NCBI GenBank assembly: GCA_028223895.1
Contig: JAOIVE010000002.1
Span: 1,463-65,462, forward strand
Direction of reading: 5' to 3'
DNA: 64,000 nt
Source: Rickettsiales bacterium
GTDB taxonomy: Bacteria > Pseudomonadota > Alphaproteobacteria > Rickettsiales > UBA6187
Positions 46,749 to 55,900 of the stretch are shown here, piece after piece. Numbering within the stretch: position 1 is the first letter of the stretch; the number at the start of each line of letters is the position of its first letter. Position numbers and translations under genes: made by a program. Under the pieces are notes generated by a model, which saw nothing but the letters and a program-made list of their open reading frames with translations, searched no databases and was not told the DNA's origin.

Positions 46749-47189
46749 ATGTATAAGGATATTTTGTTTCCAGTTGATATAACAGAGAATGGCTCTTGGA
46801 AAGAATCTTTGCCGGTTGCCTTGGAATATATAGAGGCTTTTGGTGCAAAGTTGCATGTTATGACGGTTATCTCTGATGGAAGTATGAGTCTTGTGCAGCA
46901 GTATTTGCCTCGTGGTTCTGTAGAAACTATGGTTGAACAAACAAGTAAAGGGTTGCATGAATTTGTTAAAAAGCATGTTCCTTCTTCTGTTCAGGTTCAG
47001 CATATAGTTGCAAAAGGTTCTGTTTATGAGTGTATAATAAAAACAGCCAATAAGGTTGATGCTGATCTTATAATAATGTCAGCGCACAGGCCGGAGCTGA
47101 AAGATTATCTGCTGGGGCCTAATGCGGCTAAAGTTGTTCGTCATTCTAACCGCTCTGTTTTGGTTGTACGCGGCGCGGGCAAAAACTAA
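46749..47189 (+). CDS. Universal stress protein (UspA family)
   Basis: ATG at 46749 (MYKDILFPVD). C-terminal LLGPNAAKVVRHSNRSVLVVR ATP-binding-type motif. Confidence 0.85.
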   Translation: MYKDILFPVDITENGSWKESLPVALEYIEAFGAKLHVMTVISDGSMSLVQQYLPRGSVETMVEQTSKGLHEFVKKHVPSSVQVQHIVAKGSVYECIIKTANKVDADLIIMSAHRPELKDYLLGPNAAKVVRHSNRSVLVVRGAGKN

Positions 47190-47224
47190 TATAAGAATAT
47201 AAAATCCAATAAGGGGGATAAGGC

Positions 47225-48100
47225 GTGGCATCAAACTTAGAAGCAGTACTTCAGGAAACTTCGGAGCTTCTTTATGAAAAGATGGATGATTTACTTCCTG
47301 CTGTTGATGCCTCAGGCGAGCACAGGCTTTTAGAGGCTATGAGATATGCAGCTCTTGCTCCGGGTAAGCGCTTGCGCCCGTTTATGACGGTTGCAACTGC
47401 TAACCTTTTTGGGGTTAGTAAGTCTTCTGCATTGCAGACTGCTGCTGCTATAGAATTTGTTCATACATATTCTCTTATTCATGATGATTTACCAGCAATG
47501 GATGATGATAATGTGAGGCGCGGTCAGCCCAGTACTCATGTGAAATATGACGAAGGTACGGCGATTTTAGCTGGAGATGGTCTTTTATCTTATGCTTTTG
47601 AGGTTTTGGCTGACAGGAGTACTCATAGTAGCAATGCTGTTCGTTGTGAACTTATAAAAGCAATAGCAAAAGCAGCTGGCCCTCGCGGTATGGTTGGCGG
47701 TCAAATGATGGATTTAGATTCTGAGCATGAAAATCTGAGTATAAATCAAATTATAAGATTACAAAGGATGAAAACAGGCGACCTTTTTGCAGTTTCATGT
47801 GAAGCCGGAGCGATATTGGGAAATGCATCTGGCAATTTAAGAAGTCTTCTTAGAGGATATGCGCATGATATAGGGTTGGTTTTTCAAATAACTGATGATT
47901 TGTTGGATGCAAAGTCCGATGGTGACAGATCTGATAAGGCTGCTGGTAAGGCGACTTTCATAAGTTCTTTGGGAATTAGTAAAGCTAAAGAGCAAATAAA
48001 AATATTATCTGAGCAAGCTGTAAGGCATTTACATGTTTTTGGTAAAAAAGCTGATCTTTTAAGGGAGTTGGCTGATTATATTGTTTCGCGGAAGCAGTAA
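47225..48100 (+). CDS. ispA: Polyprenyl (farnesyl/geranylgeranyl) diphosphate synthase
   Basis: GTG start after an AAGGGGGA SD. First Asp-rich motif LIHDDLPAMDDD and second motif FQITDDLLD. Confidence 0.92.
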   Translation: MASNLEAVLQETSELLYEKMDDLLPAVDASGEHRLLEAMRYAALAPGKRLRPFMTVATANLFGVSKSSALQTAAAIEFVHTYSLIHDDLPAMDDDNVRRGQPSTHVKYDEGTAILAGDGLLSYAFEVLADRSTHSSNAVRCELIKAIAKAAGPRGMVGGQMMDLDSEHENLSINQIIRLQRMKTGDLFAVSCEAGAILGNASGNLRSLLRGYAHDIGLVFQITDDLLDAKSDGDRSDKAAGKATFISSLGISKAKEQIKILSEQAVRHLHVFGKKADLLRELADYIVSRKQ

Positions 48101-48102
48101 AA

Positions 48103-48525
48103 ATGGAGCTTTCTGAAGCATATAGTTATCTTTTTTTTGATAGTTTCATGTCTGCTATTATTTTACCTCTGCAGACAGAAATAGTTTTTCCAGCCATGAA
48201 GATTTTTGGAAATTATAATATGATATTTGCAGCTTTTCTTGCTGTAATAGCTGTTACTATTGGTTCTTTAGCTAATTATGGTATTGGCGAATTAATTAAT
48301 ATTGCCAGCAATAAATATCGTGAGGGTAAATTAGAGGAATCTACTGTAAAAATTTCTCAGTTTCTAAATGGGCGAGGGAAGTTTTTACTTTTATTTTCCT
48401 GGGTCCCTTTGATTGGCGCGATTTTATTAATGATTGCGGGATTTTGTAAGGTAAAAATAAAAACAGTATTTTTATTTATATTTGTAACTAATATATTTTA
48501 TTACCTGGCAAGAGTGTATTACTAA
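48103..48525 (+). CDS. YqaA/DedA-related small membrane protein
   Basis: 140 aa, four TM helices. SAIILPLQTEIVFPAM resembles the YqaA (COG1238) N-terminal motif. Moderate certainty only. Confidence 0.5.
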   Translation: MELSEAYSYLFFDSFMSAIILPLQTEIVFPAMKIFGNYNMIFAAFLAVIAVTIGSLANYGIGELINIASNKYREGKLEESTVKISQFLNGRGKFLLLFSWVPLIGAILLMIAGFCKVKIKTVFLFIFVTNIFYYLARVYY

Positions 48526-48539
48526 AAAATAGTTTCTGA

Positions 48540-49613
48540 TTAACCGCACTGAGCACGATGCAGTAACATGTGATCTGCAAGGACGCAAGCAACCATAGCT
48601 TCACCAACTGGTACAGCCCTTATTCCAACGCATGGGTCGTGACGGCCTTTTGTTATGATATCGGTTTCGTTGCCAAATTTATCTATAGTTTTTCTGGGAG
48701 TTAATATAGAGCTGGTTGGTTTAACGGAAAATCTGGAGATTATAGTTTCTCCTGTTGATATACCGCCTAATATTCCTCCTGCATGATTTGACAAAAATTT
48801 AGGATTTCCATTTTCATCATTGCGCATTTCATCGGCGTTTTCTTCTCCTCTTAGGGAAGCAGCATCAAATCCTTCACCAATTTCAACGGACTTAACCGCA
48901 TTTATAGACATTAATCCATTTGCAATATCAGAGCTTAATTTATTATAAATCGGTGCTCCCCAACCTGCGGGAACGCCATCAGCCTGAATCTCAATTATGG
49001 CGCCTATGGAAGAGCCTGATTTGCGTATTTTATCTAAATATGATTCCCAGTTTTTTGCTTCTTTTTTGTCAGGACAAAAGAATGGATTGTTTTCAATTTC
49101 ATCCCAGTCCCATTCATTGCGATCAATGGACTCAGTTCCTATTTGAATTAAAGCGCCTCTTATGGAAATAGAGTCTCCAAGTATTTTGCGAGCTACAGCG
49201 CCGGCAGCAACTCGCATTGCAGTTTCTCTGGCACTGGATCTTCCTCCGCCTCTATAGTCGCGAATCCCATATTTCTTTTCATATGTATAGTCAGCATGCC
49301 CTGGGCGAAATTTGTCTTTAATATCGCCATAATCACGGGAGCGCATATCCTGATTATAGATTATAAGGCTAATAGGTGTTCCCGTCGTTTTGCCTTCAAA
49401 AACTCCTGATAAAATTTCAACTTTATCAGGTTCTTTTCTTTGAGTTGTATGTCTGGATTGGCCAGGCTTCCTCTTGTCAAGATATGGCTGTATATCCGAC
49501 TCTGACAAAGATATACAAGGGGGAACTCCATCGATCACACAACCTATGGCCGGACCATGACTTTCACCCCATGTAGTAAAACGAAAAATTTTTCCAAAGC
49601 TATTAAAGCTCAT
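48540..49613 (-). CDS. aroC: Chorismate synthase
   Basis: True start at 49613 ([24 protein letters not shown]) after a GGAG SD. The track start 49730 runs into the upstream gene. [10 protein letters not shown] and RHDPCVG motifs. Confidence 0.95.
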   Translation of the reverse strand: MSFNSFGKIFRFTTWGESHGPAIGCVIDGVPPCISLSESDIQPYLDKRKPGQSRHTTQRKEPDKVEILSGVFEGKTTGTPISLIIYNQDMRSRDYGDIKDKFRPGHADYTYEKKYGIRDYRGGGRSSARETAMRVAAGAVARKILGDSISIRGALIQIGTESIDRNEWDWDEIENNPFFCPDKKEAKNWESYLDKIRKSGSSIGAIIEIQADGVPAGWGAPIYNKLSSDIANGLMSINAVKSVEIGEGFDAASLRGEENADEMRNDENGNPKFLSNHAGGILGGISTGETIISRFSVKPTSSILTPRKTIDKFGNETDIITKGRHDPCVGIRAVPVGEAMVACVLADHMLLHRAQCG

Positions 49614-49632
49614 AAAAGTCTCCAAAAAGGAC

Positions 49633-49995
49633 TTATGCAGCCTCTTGGTCGCCTTTTTTCTCACCAGCAACATTCTCATTGCTAGCAAGATCGCTTGCAC
49701 TAATAGGCTCAATAGATAAGCGATACCCAAGACCTTTTAATATAACTGCTAATGAACGTAATTTTGGATTTCCGTCATTTGCAAATGTACGATAAAGATT
49801 TTGACGATTTATACCAACTTTTTTAGACAAGCGAGACATCCCACCTTGAGCTTTTGTCAGAAGACTAAGTTGATTTAAAAAAGTCTCAGCATCAGAATCT
49901 TTAGCTAATTGAGCAATAGACTCTTTAAGTTTTTTTGTAGCTTCATCCTGGTTGCGAAATAGCTCAATTTCTTGAAATTTGTTGATATCAGTCAT
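49633..49995 (-). CDS. HigA-family (COG3636-type) addiction-module antidote-like HTH protein, no adjacent toxin
   Basis: [46 protein letters not shown] matches the COG3636 antidote pattern. The 40-bp gap to fabI leaves no room for a toxin ORF. Confidence 0.7.
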   Translation of the reverse strand: MTDINKFQEIELFRNQDEATKKLKESIAQLAKDSDAETFLNQLSLLTKAQGGMSRLSKKVGINRQNLYRTFANDGNPKLRSLAVILKGLGYRLSIEPISASDLASNENVAGEKKGDQEAA

Positions 49996-50035
49996 AATTA
50001 GTCAGTCCTTATATTATTAAATTATTACCTATTTT

Positions 50036-50869
50036 TTAAGAAGCTGCAGCAATATCAGGCGCGTCAACAGCTTTCATACCCACAACATGATAGCCGGAAT
50101 CAACATGAAGAACCTCTCCTGTTGTTCCGCTTCCAAGGTCGCTAAGCAAGTATACACCAGCGCCCCCAACATCTTCGATAGTGGTATTTCTGCGCAATGG
50201 AGAGTTGTACTCATTCCATTTTAATATATATCGGAAGTCTCCAATACCAGAAGCAGCCAGAGTCTTTACCGGGCCTGCAGAGATTGCGTTAACTCTGATA
50301 TTGCTTTCCCCAAGGTCTTCAGCAAGATAGCGAACACTAGCTTCTAAAGCGGCTTTTGCAACGCCCATTACATTATAATGTGGAACTACTCTTTCAGATC
50401 CAGCATATGTAAGGGTTATCATGCTGCCGCCATTTTTCATCAAAGGTGCAGCCCTTTTAGCTATGGCAGTAAATGAATAGCAGGAAATATTCATAGTCAT
50501 GGCGAAATTTTCCATACTAGTATCTATATATCTTCCTGTAAGTTCAGTTTTATCTGAATAAGCTATGGCGTGAACAATAAAGTCAATTTCTCCCCATTCT
50601 TTTTCTATAACATCAAATGTGGAATCTATGCTCGCCTGATTTGTAACATCGCATGGTAATATTATTGAAGAACCAACAGATTCAGCCAAAGGCGTAACCC
50701 TCTTTTTTAGGGCATCACCCTGATATGTGAATGCCAGCTCTGCACCTTGGTCAGCAACTGCTTTAGTTATTCCCCAAGCTAGAGATTTGTTATTAGCTAC
50801 TCCCATTATAAGGCCGCGCTTGCCTTTCATAAAAGTACCTTTTTGTGTATAAGCAGAGCTCTCACCCAT
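50036..50869 (-). CDS. fabI: Enoyl-[acyl-carrier-protein] reductase (NADH)
   Basis: GKRGLIMGVANNKSLAWG, catalytic Y...K (YNVMGVAKAALE), and ISAGPVKTLAASGI. An alternative start at 50830 is possible. Confidence 0.94.
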   Translation of the reverse strand: MGESSAYTQKGTFMKGKRGLIMGVANNKSLAWGITKAVADQGAELAFTYQGDALKKRVTPLAESVGSSIILPCDVTNQASIDSTFDVIEKEWGEIDFIVHAIAYSDKTELTGRYIDTSMENFAMTMNISCYSFTAIAKRAAPLMKNGGSMITLTYAGSERVVPHYNVMGVAKAALEASVRYLAEDLGESNIRVNAISAGPVKTLAASGIGDFRYILKWNEYNSPLRRNTTIEDVGGAGVYLLSDLGSGTTGEVLHVDSGYHVVGMKAVDAPDIAAAS

Positions 50870-50895
50870 ATATAATTATCCCTTAGGTTATTGAT

Positions 50896-51378
50896 TTATT
50901 GTGTTATTTGCCATGTTCCATCTGGCATGCGGCAGGCATTACCATATGCTTGCTCTGTTTTTCCGTCAACATTTATTGTCTGAGTATATTCACGGCAATG
51001 AGAGCCAGAACTTGTTTGATATGTGCGTGTAGGAGTCACGCTACCAGAATGACCAGTATCAGGATTTTTCCAACTCATAGAAGTTCCCGTACGATTATTT
51101 TCAAGCGCCTGTTGAGAAGTTCTCTGGTGATAAGCCATATCCGCTTTATCTAATGATGATCCTATAGAGCGCCCAACTGCAGCCCCTGCAAGTGTGCCAA
51201 GTGCAGTTCCAACTAGTTGGCCTTTGCCTTTTCCAAACTGAGAACCAACCACAGCACCGCCAATAGCACCAAGAAATGTGCCCATATCTTCTTTTCTAAG
51301 CGCACCATCTTCTCTGGTTTGGCATGATGAAATTAAAAAAATAGTTGATGTCATTATAATAAATTTCTTCAAAAACAT
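50896..51378 (-). CDS. 17-kDa-surface-antigen-like outer-membrane lipoprotein (glycine-zipper)
   Basis: Lipobox LISSC. Glycine-zipper GAIGGAVVGSQFGKGKGQLVGTALGTLAGAAVG. C-terminal Cys-containing antigen-like domain. Confidence 0.8.
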   Translation of the reverse strand: MFLKKFIIMTSTIFLISSCQTREDGALRKEDMGTFLGAIGGAVVGSQFGKGKGQLVGTALGTLAGAAVGRSIGSSLDKADMAYHQRTSQQALENNRTGTSMSWKNPDTGHSGSVTPTRTYQTSSGSHCREYTQTINVDGKTEQAYGNACRMPDGTWQITQ

Positions 51379-51514
51379 CTCAAAAACCTATAAAAATATT
51401 TAACCACAGTTAAGACATGGTACACCAAGTCCTAACAAAAAAGCAATATGACAAAATGGTATAACAAAAAAAAAATCTAATTCCAGCATAAAATCATGAA
51501 AAAGGAAGAAAATA

Positions 51515-52441
51515 TTGTCTGATTTAAAACTAGAAAGCACTTTGATGAGGCGTGTAACGTTGCTATCTGTGACTATTGCTATAATTATTGTAACTGTAAA
51601 AATAATAGCATGGTTTTTCACTGACTCGCTTAGCCTGCTTTCTTCTTTGGTTGATTCTGTTTTTGATATACTCGCTTCTTGCGTTGGATTCTTTGCTGTT
51701 AGGGTGGCTTTGGAGCCTGCTGATGAAGACCATAGATTCGGACATGGTAAGGCCGAAGATATAGCAGCTTTTTCTCAAAGTGCTTTTATAGCCGGATCTG
51801 GAATATTCATTCTGGGGGAGTCAATCAGGAGGATATTTATTCCTCATAAAATTGATAATACAGATATTGGCATATTAGTAATGCTTATATCGACGTTTTT
51901 AACCTTGATATTAATAACTTATCAGCAATATGTAATAAAAAAAACTAACTCATCGGTTATAAAGGCTGATAACTTACATTATAAGGGTGATCTTCTGGTT
52001 AATTTATTAGTTATTTTTTCATTCTTTTCAGTAAAATTTTTTGATATGCATATTGCCGATCCTTTGTTGGCATTTGTCATAGCGTTATATATTTTTAAAT
52101 GTGCATGGAAGATTGCCATTGAAGCTCTTGATAACCTTATGGACAAAGAGATGGAAGATGTTGAAAAAAAGAAAATTATAGATATTATTTTAGACCATGC
52201 GGGTGTTCTTGGTATGCATGATTTGAAAACCAGGCGTTCAGGAAGGCATCCATTTATACAGTTTCATCTTGAGATCAAAGGAGAGGTGAGCCTAAAAAAA
52301 GCGCATGAAATTAGTGAAAAAGTAGAAAAAAGTTTATTAAAATCTTTTCCAAAGGCCGAGATTTTAATTCATCAGGATCCAAAGGCGGATAAGCCATTAT
52401 CTCTTAATTACAGACAAGTGGTTCCTGTTAAGAGGAGATAA
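51515..52441 (+). CDS. Cation diffusion facilitator family efflux transporter
   Basis: TTG start after AAGGAAG. SLLSSLVDSVFD and HRFGHGKAE motifs, six TM helices plus a cytoplasmic C-terminal domain. Confidence 0.88.
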   Translation: MSDLKLESTLMRRVTLLSVTIAIIIVTVKIIAWFFTDSLSLLSSLVDSVFDILASCVGFFAVRVALEPADEDHRFGHGKAEDIAAFSQSAFIAGSGIFILGESIRRIFIPHKIDNTDIGILVMLISTFLTLILITYQQYVIKKTNSSVIKADNLHYKGDLLVNLLVIFSFFSVKFFDMHIADPLLAFVIALYIFKCAWKIAIEALDNLMDKEMEDVEKKKIIDIILDHAGVLGMHDLKTRRSGRHPFIQFHLEIKGEVSLKKAHEISEKVEKSLLKSFPKAEILIHQDPKADKPLSLNYRQVVPVKRR

Positions 52442-52473
52442 AATTTAACATCTTAAGTTATAAGAGGTCGGTT

Positions 52474-52848
52474 ATGACAAATATTTTATGGGAAGCAAAT
52501 AATTTTACAAATCAAACAGATTCTGAAGATGGTGAAATATCTAATGAAGATATTGAGTCAATAAAAGAGAATGCGCATTCAGGTGATGCTGAATCTCAGT
52601 ATTTTTTAGGTCTTATGCTTGATATGGGAAAGGGGCTGGATCGTGATCCTCAGCAGGCTGTAATATGGTATACAAAAGCAGCAGAGCAAGATCATCCAAG
52701 CGCTCAGTATTTTCTTGGAAAAATGTATGATAGTCAGGAAAGTGGAATTCCAAAAGACAAAGAAAAAGCCATTTATTGGTATGAGCGTGCAAGTGCAAAT
52801 CATAATTTTTATGCAAAAGCAAAGCTTAAGGCTCTGATTGAAGGGTAG
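52474..52848 (+). CDS. Sel1-repeat (SLR/TPR-like) protein
   Basis: Two to three repeats of the A..QY.LG.MY..G.G...D...A..WY.KAA pattern. 124 aa, no signal peptide. Confidence 0.85.
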   Translation: MTNILWEANNFTNQTDSEDGEISNEDIESIKENAHSGDAESQYFLGLMLDMGKGLDRDPQQAVIWYTKAAEQDHPSAQYFLGKMYDSQESGIPKDKEKAIYWYERASANHNFYAKAKLKALIEG

Positions 52849-52965
52849 GTTCTGCAAAATAGCTTATTAGTTTAAGTTTTCTTGCATGGATTAAAAAACA
52901 ATTTTATTGAAAAATGTCTGCAAAATGTCTAAAACTCTCTGTTCTATAAGATTTTAGAGAGAGAT

Positions 52966-55900
52966 ATGAAGCCCTTACCGCAAAAATATGATACGCATGA
53001 AGTTGAAAGCAAATGGCAAAAATTCTGGGAAGAGAATAAAATCTATGCTTGGGATGAGTCTGAAGTAAGAGAAAATACATTTGTTATAGATACGCCGCCG
53101 CCGACAGTATCTGGTTTGTTGCATATGGGGCATGTATTTTCATATACGCAAGCAGATTTTATCGCTCGTTATCAGCGCATGTCGGGAAAAACTGTTTTTT
53201 ATCCTATGGGCTTTGATGATAACGGCCTGCCAACAGAGCGTCTGGTAGAAAAAACAAAAAAAGTTCGCGCATCTAATATGAGTCGTGAAGATTTTATTGA
53301 GCTGTGTAATGGAGTTTCTGAAGAGGCGCGTAAGGAATATAGAGATCTTTTTCAGTCCATAGCTTTGAGTGTTGACTGGCAGCAGGAATATCACACAGTA
53401 AGTGCGGAAAGTCGTAAAATATCGCAAATGTCTTTTCTAGACTTATATAATAAGGGCAGGGCTTATCGTAAATTGCAGCCAATGTTGTGGGATCCGGTAG
53501 ATCAAACAGCCATAGCACAAGCTGAGATTGAAGATAAGGAGATGCCAAGTCAGAAGAATTACTTGCATTTTGGTTTAGTTGATAATGACTCTGATTCCCT
53601 CTCCCGTTTACGGGGGAGGGCTAGGGAGGGGGGTTGGAGAAATTCTGACGAACTCATCAAAAATGCTAGAGAATTAAGACAGAGTCAAACTGATGTTGAA
53701 AAATTACTTTGGTCTATATTGCGTAGGAAGCAAATAAAGGGTTTTAAATTTAGACGACAACATCCAATTGAAAAATATATATCAGATTTTGCGTGTATTG
53801 AGGCCAAGCTAATAATAGAGTTGGATGGTGGGCAGCATGCGGAGCAACAGGAATACGATAAAGCCAGAACTGAATTTTTTCAAAAGGAAGGGTATCAGGT
53901 TTTGCGTTTCTGGAATAATGATTTGCTTAATAATTTAGACGGAGTTTTGGAAACGATTTGGAATGCTTTGCCTGGTGATAGTGACCCCCTCCCTAACCCT
54001 CCCCCGCAAACGGGAGAGGGGAATTCTATCAAAATTATGACTACAAGGCCTGAATTGTTAGGCGCTTGCGTTGCTGTAATATGTCATACTGATGATGCTG
54101 ATAAATATAAAGGAAAGATGGCAGTAACTCCGGTTTTTGGGGTTAAAGTTCCTATTATTGCAGATGATAAGGTTGATAAAGAAAAGGGTACTGGTCTTGT
54201 TATGTGCTGTACCTTTGGTGATGAAACGGATATTGAATGGTGGCGTGAGCATGACTTAAATACGCGCCTGATATTAAATAAATATGGAAAAATTGAAGTT
54301 AATATTTCTCAGTCTTCAATAATATTTAATGATGAGAAAAGCGCTATTAACTCTGAAAATACTATTGATATTGCAAAAACAATTTCTGCATTTGAACAAA
54401 TTCAAAATTTAAAGTCTCGCACGACTGCGCGCGCAAAAATGCTTGAATTATTAGCAGAAGATGGGGCTATATTTAAAGATCCTGAAACTGGTGTTCATGC
54501 TGAGCCATGTGCTGAGCGTTCCGGGTCTCCATTGGAAATACTTCCTACAAATCAATGGTTTGTAAAAATACTTGATCAAAAAGAAGAGCTTAAAGAAAAA
54601 GCTAAAGAATGTAACTGGTATCCAGATTATATGCGCATAAGGGTGGATCAGTGGATTGACGGTTTAAACTGGGATTGGTGTATTTCTCGTCAGAGATATT
54701 ATGGTGTGCCATTTCCGGTTTGGTTCTCAAAAAGAGCTGGCGAGGAGGGGAGGATTATTGTTGCTGATATAGACCAGCTTCCTGTAAATCCTCTTGTTGA
54801 TTTGCCAAAAGGTTATAAGGCTGATGAGGTAATAGCAGAAGCTGATGTTATGGATACCTGGGCAACAAGTTCTGTATCGCCGCAATTGAGCTCTAAAGGA
54901 ATTTCTTATTCCTCCTCCCGCTTGCGGGGGGAGGTTAGGAGGGGGGATTATTCTAATTCTTCCTCTGATGAAAATGCCCCCTCCCTAGCCCTCCCCCGTG
55001 AACGGGAGAGGGAACAAGAAGAGGAAGGATATATGATTGACGAAAATCGTCATGCAAAATTATTTCCGGCCGATTTGCGCCCTCAGGCACATGAAATTAT
55101 TCGTACATGGGCGTTTTATACAATAGTAAAAGCGCATTTACATGAAGATAAAATTCCGTGGAAAAATTTAATGATTTCCGGCTGGTGTCTGGCCTCAGAT
55201 AAGACAAAAATGAGTAAATCTAAGGGAAATGTGATAACTCCTGTTGATTTGGTTGAGTCAAAAGGTTCTGATGTTGTGCGTTTCTGGGCTTCAACGTCGC
55301 GTTTGGGAGCTGATTCTGCGTATTCTGAAGATGTTCTTAAAATTGGAAAAAAACTGGTAAATAAATTATGGAATGCAACCAAGTTTGCTGCCATACATTT
55401 GGATAAAATTGAAGAAAAGCCTGGCACTGCAATAGAAGATATTGAGTCTGGAATAATATCTGAAGAGTTGGATCTGTGGATATTAACAAAGTTAAATAAG
55501 ACTATTAAGAAAGCAACGCAAGAGTTTGATAAATATGAATATTGCAATGCTCGTGCTGCTGTTGAGGATTTCTTCTGGAATGACTTATGTGATAATTATC
55601 TGGAGCTTGTTAAAGTCAGAGTTTATGGCGAGGCTGAGGGTACTAGTAAGGCTGGTCAGAAGAGTGCGGTCTACACAATATATCATTGTTTAGATGGAAT
55701 TTTACGTTTATTTGCGCCGATTGTTCCTCATGTGACTGATGAGCTTTATACTCATATTTTTGAAGAGGAGTCAGAAGCTTTGGGTGGGTCGATAAATTGT
55801 CGTGGAACCTGGCCTATAGCTGATAATTATCCGCAAAATATAGAAGCTGAGCAAGCTGGAATAGCATGTGTAAATATATTAAATGTTATTCGTAAAATGA

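Noticed and set aside
48540-49730. ORF-track N-terminal extensions. Examples are aroC to 49730, xthA to 37319, pheA from 22486, ribE from 25442, usp from 46665, the ABC ATPase from 30420, crcB from 18362 and mrpG from 6851.
   Set aside because: Internal ATG codons with better SD spacing reproduce the canonical family N-termini. The extensions overlap neighbouring genes or add non-conserved leaders.
53593-54025. The valS insert might be an intein. It begins with Ser (D|SLSRL) and ends ..EGN followed by Ser.
   Set aside because: There is no Hint-domain block: no TxxH, and no penultimate His before the terminal Asn. The ~142-aa insert is almost entirely DUF559 plus translated repeat arms. The flanking DNA-level inverted repeats and the cargo-less second copy point to a DNA element, not a protein-splicing element.
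55116-55547. A 143-aa minus-strand ORF within valS.
   Set aside because: It is antisense to the conserved ValRS anticodon-binding region. There is no RBS and no recognisable motif.
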